From: the human T2T-CHM13v2.0 reference genome, Homo sapiens | Length of the DNA stretch: 64,000 nt | Assembly (NCBI RefSeq): GCF_009914755.1 | Contig: NC_060932.1 | Strand: one strand, 5' to 3' | Part shown: positions 54,233-64,000 of the stretch, one piece after another | Position numbering within the stretch: position 1 is the stretch's first letter | Layout of the letters: every line of letters begins with the position of its first letter | Made by a program: the position numbers and the translations under genes | Notes under the pieces: generated by a model | The model's database searches: none | The model's input: only the letters and a program-made list of their open reading frames with translations | Told to the model about the DNA's origin: nothing

Positions 54233-56346
54233 TAATTCCATTTATATGAATTGTCAGTAATAGGCAAATCTATTGGGACAGAAAGTGATTAATGATCGCC
54301 TAAGAATGGGAAGACTGGGGCAAAATGGAAAGTGACTGCTAGTGGGTATGGGATTTCTTTCAGGGTAATACTAATAGTCTAAAATTTATGGTGGTAATGC
54401 TCGCACAACTCTGAATATACTAAAAACTACTGGATTGTGCACTTTAAATGGATGAACTATATGGTATGTGAATTTTGTATTGATGAAGCTGTTTTATGTA
54501 AATAAACTAATTAAAAGTATTAAATACATACAGCCCTTATTACAAAAGCTGCACCAATATACAACACTTCCTTCTCTATAGAAGTAGACTATTTCATAAA
54601 CTCCCTATAATGTTAGATACCATGATTCCATGAAAATATTTAAAAATAAAGATTTCTATAATGGCAAGTTGCATGTAATTAAGTAGCAAAGTATGAAGAG
54701 ATCTCAAGAATGAGAAGAAAGTGGCAAGATCCAGATTTCGGCAAGTCTTGGGGAGGGTTGTTCTGGAGAAGATGAAATTTGATGGAATCCTTAATGGATG
54801 GGGATCACTATTAAGTAACAACGCTCTCATGGATAATCATGTTTTGTTTTAAAAATGATTTTTTCTTTCAAGTAGCTGCTATTTTGTCAGGCATTTTTTC
54901 ATCACACATGAATTTTACAAATGAGAATACCACTGTTTTTAAAGAGGTAATTTTGCTAATTTTTACACAACCAGTATGTGGCAGAGTAAAGATAGAGTTC
55001 AGAAGTACTATATCACTCTGTGTTAATTATTGTTGTTTAAAACGCTGCATGATTCACAGAACATATGTTATTAAAACAGTTTTCATAGTATTTGAGTCAA
55101 AATGAAGAGAAAATTGAAATTCATGCTGAAAGTTATTAATTTATGGATAAATTCCAAAATTCCCAAAGTTCCTGAGACTTTCAAAAATATTAAGCCTTAA
55201 AATAGTAGATCATTTTAGTAATTTTTCCAAGTGAAAGTAATGTAATTTTTTCTCTTCCTGGACAGATATAAGTGAAAATTTTTATTTCTTGTTTAGTTCT
55301 TTAAAAAATAATTGTATTAGTCTGGTAAGTTAGGAAATAATAGTCATATCTAAGAAACATCTTAAGAGGTTTCTTCTCTCTCAGGCTGGAACGTGTAACA
55401 TATCGAATACTTTTTCAAATCAACATATTATGGCAATGTCCCTTATGTAAATAAGATGTCTTAACATAAGCAACATATAATATACTTAAATGTTACACTC
55501 ATCTTTATGCTTTAGATAGTAAAGGGAGAGAAACATCAAAACTTGTGAGAATTTTAAAAATTATTTAATTGTTTGCAGTTATTTTCGTACAGAAAGAAAT
55601 TCCCCAATGGAGACATAAACCAGCAATGGAATATTGACAAGGAGGCTTGCGTTATTCCAATTATAATTTAGGTCACAAAGAATAATAAATATATTGCTTG
55701 TAACTTCCTGCTTGTGTGAATCCCTCAGAATCCCTTCCTGTAGAATGGAATCTTTGATGAGGTCATGCCTTTGCAAACATCATTTCACGAACATCTGGTA
55801 GAAAGATACCTCGGGTTTGATTCAGACAGGTTGATTTAGACAGACTATGCTAATTAAAGGGGAGAGAAAGGGTGTCCTCCAATTAGCATAACCAAAGCTT
55901 AAACAGACTAGAACTTTACTTTTATGGATTGATTTATTTAACATTTTACAAATTTATAGACTTGTCTCCATTCACTTTATGGCAACCTGAATGATTCCCA
56001 GAGAGGCAAAATGCCCAACATGTCTTTGAGAACAGACATGTAGATTGCATGCCAGCTGTCTATGTCTTTTGATATAAAGGGGAGATCTTTCTGCTTTTGA
56101 ATTTGCAATGACTTATTCTTTTTGGCCAGCATAACAGAGATATCATGGATCAAGATGAAAGGTAGAAAGAGTAAAAGGTAGATCACAGGAAGCAATTACA
56201 GAACAGTAACACAGAGCAGGAAATGCTTGTTTAGATAAATGAGGCATATTAAAGGCTAAATGTCATTCATGGTGACTCCCATCTAGAAAGGATTTAAAAC
56301 TCTAGGTTGAGATAAAAGCACATATGGCTTTTAAAAATACATGGTT

Positions 56347-56630
56347 AGCCAGGCACAGTGGCTTTCCCCTGTAATCCCAGCACTTTGGGAAGCTGAGGCC
56401 GGCAGGTGGCTTGAGCTTAGGAGTTGAAGACCAGCCTGGGCAATATGGCAAAACCCTGTCTCTACTAAAAATACAAAAATTAGCCAGGCATGGTGGTGTG
56501 CCTGTAGTCCTCACCTGAGAGTTCAAGGCTGCAGTGAGCTGTGATCATACCACAGCACTCCAGCCTGGGTGACAGAGTGAGACCCTGTTTCAAAAAAAAA
56601 AAAAAAAAAAAAAAAAGAAAGAAAGAAAGA
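56347..56630 (+). mobile_element. AluJ with internal right-arm deletion and A25-(GAAA)n tail
   Basis: cctgtagtcc joins directly to tcacctgagagttcaaggctgc; degenerate TSD aaaaatacatggtt / aaaaagacatgatc. Confidence 0.9.
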
Positions 56631-57107
56631 AAAAAGACATGATCACACAAGTACAATCCAAAGCCTTTAAAAAAAAAAAAAGGTTATGTAAGAAAGATGT
56701 CATTAATTAAATTCCCTTCCCACATACATACCAAAATGAATGATTACAGAAAAGCCTAATGCTGGAGAAAGACATCTCTGGGCTTCAGTTTTCTTATCTA
56801 AAAAAAATCACAATAAAAATACTTGCCAGCTTGAACTTGTGACCTCTGAAATTCTTTCCAAATTAGTTTTTATGATTCTGGGTAAGATATACTTATTATA
56901 AGTTCAAGGTGTCACATCTACCAGGAGCATATGAATTTTCATAAGTAATGAAGAGCCTTCAAAGCTCAATGGGGTGAATCTCTAAGGATGAAATGTCATG
57001 CAGCCTGACAGGTTTGTGGTGGACATGTATGTGTGTGGTAGGGGGAGGGGGAAAGTCTTCCCACCACCCTTAAATCATACTGCCGTTTTCCAAGCAATCC
57101 CTAACAA

Positions 57108-57281
57108 AGAGTTCTCAAGCTTAGCTTCACATTAGAATCTGGGGAGCTTTAAATGATCCTGATGCCCAGGCCACACCACAGACCAATGAAATCAGGATCC
57201 CCAGGGATGGAATCTGCACATCAATATTTTTTACAGATTCCTAGGGAATTCCAATGTGCAGCCAATGATGAGCAACACCAC
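57108..57281. mobile_element. MER5A-type hAT MITE
   Basis: ttctcaagctt...cattagaatc...gatgcccaggccacacc...aatgtgcagcca. Confidence 0.75.
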
Positions 57282-57284
57282 CTC

Positions 57285-57750
57285 ATGCCTTTAGTTCACA
57301 GAGGAGAAAACTGAGATCCTCTGAAGTTAAGTGATTGTGTTTATAGGTCAAGTAGTCAGTGATGAAGTCAAGACAAGAGTCCAGGTCTCTCAGCTCCTAA
57401 TTCTCTTCTTTTCACCATACTCTTGTCGTCCTACCTCTCCTTATTTCATATTGTTGCCTTTGAATTGGCCTGTGAGCTTAATTTCGGATCTTTCATGAGG
57501 TACTTTTACATACCCCATGCAATGATGTAAGCAGCCTCTCCCAGTGCAATTTTCGCATATTATTTTCGTCTTCACAGGCATTGTTTTTCTAGGCTTGCCA
57601 ACTTAGAGGCCACCCTAATTCTTCCATTTTGTTAGAGAAAATTGAGGCCCAGAGAACTTAAGTGTCTAGCCTAGAATTACTCCAGTAAAGAGTAAAGTCC
57701 AGAACTGACATTGTTTATCATCTTATCTAAGTTGCTTCTACTCTTCCAAG
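57285..57750 (-). mobile_element. Two MIR fragments
   Basis: cagaggagaaaactgag...gttaagtgatt and gagaaaattgaggcccagagaacttaagtg. Confidence 0.6.
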
Positions 57751-58213
57751 CCCCCAACTTTGATGATGGGAATTTTTTGCAGGAGAACTGGCACCTTTCA
57801 TCAAAAAGCTAAAACACGTTTGTTAGAGGAATAGAAGAGCTGAAAGAGGATCAGGTAGCGACTGCCATTGCAGCAGCTATCTTTTTATGTTTGGAGGTTA
57901 GAGGAGAGTCCAAAGCACTGCTGCAATGCACAAGTTATCGCTTATATGCTAACTCAGCTGGTTTGCAGGGCAGCAACCCAGCCCACAGCTTCTCCTGCAG
58001 GACACTTCTTTCACTGAAGTTGGAAGCCTGGGAGCAGTGAGAGGCCACTGCAGGTTTTTCTTCCTTATGGGTTCCAGTTCAGCCTCACAGGTTCCAGATT
58101 TCCCTTGCTTTCCTCTCAAGTCCACTCTTCCTTCCTAATGTCCTGCTTTTTGAACTTCTGATTCTAGCACCAGACACAGAAACAACGAACAATAGCCTCA
58201 AATTGACTATGTA

Positions 58214-58810
58214 CCACATTTTCTTTATCCGGTCTATCATGGATGGGTATTTGGGTTGGTTCCAAGTTTCTGCTATTGTGAATAGTGCTGCAATCAATAT
58301 ACATGTGCATGTGTCTTTATAGTAGAATGATTTATATTTCATTGGGTATATACCCAGAATTGGGATTGCTGGGTCAAATGGTATTTCTGGTTCTAGATTC
58401 TTGAGGAACCGCCATACCGTGTTCTACAATAGTTGAACTAATTTACATTCCCACCACCATGGAATACTATGCAGCCATAAAAAGGAATGAGATCATATCC
58501 TTTGCAGGGACACGGATGAACCTGGAAGCCATCATCCTCAGCAAACTAACACAGGAACAGAAAACCAAACACCACATGTTCTTACTCATAAGAGGGAGTT
58601 GAATATTGAGAACACATGGACACAGAGAGGGGAACAACACACACCATGGCATCTTGGGGGTCGGGGGTAAGGGGAGAGAACTTAGAGGACAGGTCAGTGG
58701 GTTCAGCAAACCACCATGGCACAGGTATACCTATGTAACAAACCTGCACGTTCTGCACATGTATCCCATTTTTGGTTTTTTTTTTTTTGAATTAAAAAAA
58801 ATCTAAAAAA
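58214..58810 (+). mobile_element. L1PA (L1PA10-like) with 5' inversion
   Basis: Antisense segment 58214-58455 joined to sense 3' end 58456-58810; perfect 14-bp TSD aaattgactatgta at 58200-58213 and 58811-58824. Confidence 0.93.
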
Positions 58811-59685
58811 AAATTGACTATGTAACCAGTTCTGATAATTACACATGGCCAAACCCCCATAGTAAATATTACATTTACATCTCCTAGGGGTTATGCTTTT
58901 TTTTTTTTTTTTGATGGAACCCTGTCTCACAGAGGGGCTAGGACTCTATAATTAGAATCAATTGGCATCACTATCTTAGCCATGATTCCCTTTTGTCTTC
59001 AGGCAAAAAACTGGAATTGGAAAACCCAAGACCTGACAACACTGGGTCTTCATGACCTTTTGACAACCTGCTGGGAAAGAGAAGCGATTGTCCCCTCTCT
59101 ATGTTGTCACTGTCTCCATCCCTGTCTATTAAGTCTTACAGTGGCCTGTTTTGCACATTTGCTTTTACCTGCCTGGACCTGCGGCTGTAGTTTGCATCCT
59201 CCAGTCAGCTCAAATTCAACCAATGTTTGGCTTTTCCCATAACCTTTTTCTGATACCCATTTGACCATTTCTCTGATTTTTTCATGTTGCAGATTTCCAT
59301 GAATTTTCTATGTCCTCAAGCATGCTTGCATTGCTACTAGCTTTCTCACTTGTTCTTCTCTTTACTTTTTTGTTAAAATTTGAATCCTTGAGTTTAGAAG
59401 GTAATCATTCTTAAACCTCTTTTTTTCTATGGAAGGAGTAAGACAGAGTTAGGATTGTAGTAGAGGCTCACTAAATAGCTGTTAATAGCTCTTTATTGAA
59501 GGCCCATTGTTTATGTATTACTATGTTTGTTGGTTTGAAAGAGTGCTGATAATTTGCCTTTGTGCACATGCTTTAAACAGGGCAATAGCATTAACCTAGA
59601 GCAACTGCTGTCTGCCTTTAGGATGTCTTCATAACACTCACAGATCTGGTTAGTTTTGTTAATTAGTTGAAGACAGACAATGACT

Positions 59686-59718
59686 ACACACACACAGTCA
59701 CATACACACACATACACA
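59686..59718. repeat. Imperfect (CA)n
   Basis: Direct reading. Confidence 0.75.
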
Positions 59719-60095
59719 TTGCAAACTTTTATAGCCACAGTATTTTGAAAAGAAGTACTGTATATTAATGATTCAATATTAGAGAATAGCTTTCTTTTAA
59801 CAATTTCTTTAAATTATTTAAAGAAAGCTATTCTACTATTGAGAATGGCTTGAAAATTCTGTTTTTAGAGCAGTATCACTAATCCATTTTCAAAAAACAT
59901 AATACATTATATGAAATTATTTAATCTTGCTCTTACAGTGTGAGAAGATGGACTTGTTTTCAAAAGTTGCAACCTGCAAATTATTAGCTTTTCATACTTA
60001 TATTCTATGTCTACAAATGCTTATAGAATAGTTCTGTACATTTTAAAATAGGGTAATTATGTTATAATTGTGATCTATTGTGAAAAAGAGATATA

Positions 60096-60388
<293 letters not shown>

Positions 60389-60468
60389 TTACTTAATACT
60401 TGAAAAATAGAAAACAATTTACTTATCTACAGTTGCAGTTTTTCATTTCAGTATAAATATGTGCATGA

Positions 60469-60500
<32 letters not shown>
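60469..60500. repeat. (CT)n(AT)n compound microsatellite
   Basis: Direct reading. Confidence 0.9.
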
Positions 60501-60650
60501 GCTCATTCCATATGTGCAGATTTATAGTCTGTTTATTTTTTACTTACAAGTATAATTTTACATTAAAACATAATTTTTTAATGCTCAATATAATATTTTA
60601 TCCCATGAACATAACCAGCGTACTTGAATCTCCTGCTGTAGAAGATCTGA

Positions 60651-61007
<357 letters not shown>

Positions 61008-64000
61008 TGCCCATGCTTTTAATAGTAATTTTAGGATAAGGATTTTAAGGTGAAGTTGCTTAAAATGTAAGTGTATTTTAAAGCTTTTATTACATATCTT
61101 CTGTTTGTTCTCAGAAAGAGTGTACCAATTACACATTCATAAATAATTTATCCTACTTTTAAATTTTTGACAAACTAATAAGCATGAATTATATATAATT
61201 TTTAATTTTTCATTTTGAGGAAAATACACATTTTTACACCTGAGATAAGATTTGATGTGTTGAAACATGCATTTCTTTAGATAGTGATAGAAAATATTGT
61301 TTTCAAAGGAGGGGAAAAAAGCATAATTTTAAAATGAGAGAAACAAAGTCCAAGCAGGAAAATTGCAAAATAATCCTTTTTCTATTCAAAATCAGTGGTG
61401 GGTAGGGGAGTGAGATCTACCCAAAGTGGGGATTAAGCATCTCTGGATATCAAATGGAGAGTAAGACTGCTAACAGCTTTGGCTAGAACTCTGAAAATGT
61501 TAGCTGTTTTAATTGATAAGGCACCAAACAAAACTTTATATATCCAAGACTGATAAATGAAGTTAGAGTAGAAACATCAGTAGATATTTCTACAATTTTA
61601 TTTAGCTCAAAATGATATCCTTGAAGTTGAAGATGGTGAATAGAATAGCTTTATTATGAGAAAAAGGGGGAAGGCCTGGCAAATTACTCAGAAATTATAC
61701 ATTCATCTATGCTAATTTCATTTGAAAGGGAAACTGCATAAGTTTTTTGTGCAATCAGGCAGAGCTGCACTAGGTATGATGGAGATCAGCCCTATGCTCA
61801 CAGTCCTTGGCTCATCAGAATTCTTTGAAGACATCATTACTGTGAAGCTGCTAAGCTGTTTTCAGAAGAGAAGAGGAAGCACAGAGTAGGTGCTGTTATT
61901 GCTTTGAATGGAACTCAGCTTGCTTGTGTGGGTTTGGAGTTGATATCATCTACTAAGAGAAGACTTAATTGTAGTCATAAACAGTCTGTGAATGACTTGG
62001 GTCCTTCTGAAGTGCTGTATATGGGAAATTTCTTTTTAACTCTCCAACATTTGGTAAGAAAAATCTTCCAACAAATGGAATTGCCTTTCTATTAAAAAAT
62101 AAAAAATACTTGAGAACATGGCAGTTTTAAACAATGGGCTAGTATGGCAAATGTGTGAGGATACTTGCAGACATCCGAACCCACAGCTTCTCCAATACAT
62201 CTGGGGACCTCTCAGAGGCAGAATAGTCTGAAGGCTTGTTATGGCCCAAAGTTCAAAGAAAATACAAGAGGGGAAGATTTAAATGGCAGAAGAGAGATAA
62301 AGTATAGCCAATCATTCTCTCAGGAAGTCTTCTAAGAACAGTGCTCTTTTATGTACTCTTCATTTTCAGCTTGAGTCTTTCTTATATCTAAGGTCCCTTG
62401 GGCCCACAAAACTGGGCAGAAATTTTCCTAGCCAATAAAATGCTTGACATTTCTCTTCTGACGTGCAAGGAAATAGAACAGTCTATCATTTCCTGCTTTA
62501 GAACTAACTGGAAAGAAAAAAGGAGCATACCATGTAATTTACCCTCAAGTATCCATTTCAACACAGTGAACACTATGTTAAAAAAAAAGGAAATGTCAAT
62601 TATCTACCTGAGATAGTTGGTATATACCCTTTTCTTCCATGGACCCAGTCTTGGCCACTCTAGCAGTTCTCTAAACCAAATGAAACAAAAATACAAAAAC
62701 ATTAACAAAACCCTCCTTGAAGATCTGAGTAACTAAGTCACTGTCCTAATTCAAGAATCTATCTGAATTGCTTCTATTGTCAATTTTCTGTCCTAGTTTA
62801 GATTTAACTTTCTGTAATCCAGACCTAGTCATTGTGAAATTGAATAACCACAGAACATTTATCAGTTCAAATGGTGGAGCCTCTCAGAAAAAGGCTCAAT
62901 TACTATTTAAGCTAAGCATGCAAAGGAACAATCCTGAGTCTAGGATTTCCCTTGAATAACCCATTCTGCCTGGGAAACAGCTTCCTATCTTTGGCTGCAT
63001 CTGAAGCATCCCTCAGGGCATCCTTAGACAGAGTGTGCTGCCCTGGCTTGATGGGCATAGGGTGCAAAGGACACTTGGTTGTACCTGCATGCCCAGATGG
63101 TGCCCACAATCTGTATTTACTTTCAGAAACCAAAGACAATAGGATTCTATTTTATTAAGCCACAATCCTAGTTACTGGAGAACATTGAGATCAAAGGTAT
63201 TGGCACTGCAACCAGCTTTGGCAAGCCTCTGGGAAGAACATGTCTTTTCTGGCCTAGTTGAGTGTGTTTGCAATATATTTCCTTAGTTCAAATGGGGTCA
63301 CCCAATCATAATTCTTCACTCTAGTTTCTTTTTAGTAATCTAACCTTATCTTTTATCTGGATATGCTCAGCTCTGAGTTACTGGAGAAGCTGAAATATTT
63401 TATAGGGGATAAAAGAAAGACAATTATGGACACTATGCTAAACTGTTTCTTGTGACATCAACCACTCTTTGTGAGGGTTATGATGGTCGAGGGGGTAACA
63501 CAGTAGGTGAGAAATGGGAGAAGAGGATTTGTCAGGATTGTTTGTGTTCCCCAATAAATCAATAATGAAAGACTTGAGAGTCATTTTAAAAGTAGAGTTC
63601 AGCCAGTGGGAATGTTTCTACAATTAGGCAAAACAAGCAACTGTGCATGTTTAATTACCATAAATTTTCTTGACCACTTCAGCATGGAGAATTGGTTTTC
63701 CAATGTTTGTGCTCTCACATAACATCTCTTTCTATGTTATGTCTTAAACCAACCAGTTTCTCATCAGATTTCTGTGTGTTTCTTGTAACACTACTAAATT
63801 AAATGCTCTTTGAAGGCTAGTGCAAGCTCTTATAGAACCTTCAACAGTGCTCTGTAAGCATGGTAAACTTTCATTAGTTTTTTTGATATCTCATTGGTAT
63901 GATTTTATGGACATTGGATAGCTCATCATGCTCCAGCACACATTCAAATACTTTCCATCTTGGTAAGTCATACCACTTGATTTCCCAATATAAGGCTTCA

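Larger units (their letters stand above)
50495..54500 (+). mobile_element. Old L1M (L1MB/MC-like): 5' region, ORF1 remnant, late ORF2 and 3'UTR, with most of ORF2 missing
   Basis: ORF1-like aaaattatgagacatgcaaagaaacag...caactgacttct...gaaacaatga; jumps at about 53175 to late ORF2 (gtctttgtgacttgggttaag); 3'UTR ends cactttaaatggatgaac...aagctgttt. Confidence 0.8.

Noticed and set aside
62912-63158. Overlapping 75-aa and 68-aa ORFs near the window end
   Set aside because: Short, non-ATG starts and no recognisable family

Overview
This is AT-rich, CpG-depleted primate (human-like) intergenic or intronic DNA dominated by transposable elements. I found no intact, recognisable protein-coding gene, RNA gene or CRISPR array, and nearly all tracked ORFs are repeat-derived or chance ORFs. 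The main elements are a full-length decayed HSMAR1 mariner (722-4320) split by a complete THE1C LTR-int-LTR element (1896-4226), a full-length Tigger1 (12569-15401) with nested insertions, and an HMGB1 processed pseudogene (about 48307-49497, minus). There are also solo LTRs (MSTA, THE1D-like, LTR41-like, LTR2/HERV-E, MLT1), two L1s with twin-priming inversions, an old L1M lacking most of ORF2, eight Alus (one very young, AluYc1-like), MER1B, MER5A, L2 and MIR. The least explained feature is a small CpG-rich promoter-like patch at about 41.7-41.9 kb with an 8 x 10-bp CpG repeat. It is flanked by a strong-Kozak 49-aa ORF on the minus strand and a chain of splice signals on the plus strand. Repeat family names come from my recall of consensus sequences, not a database search, so subfamily calls and old-element boundaries are approximate.
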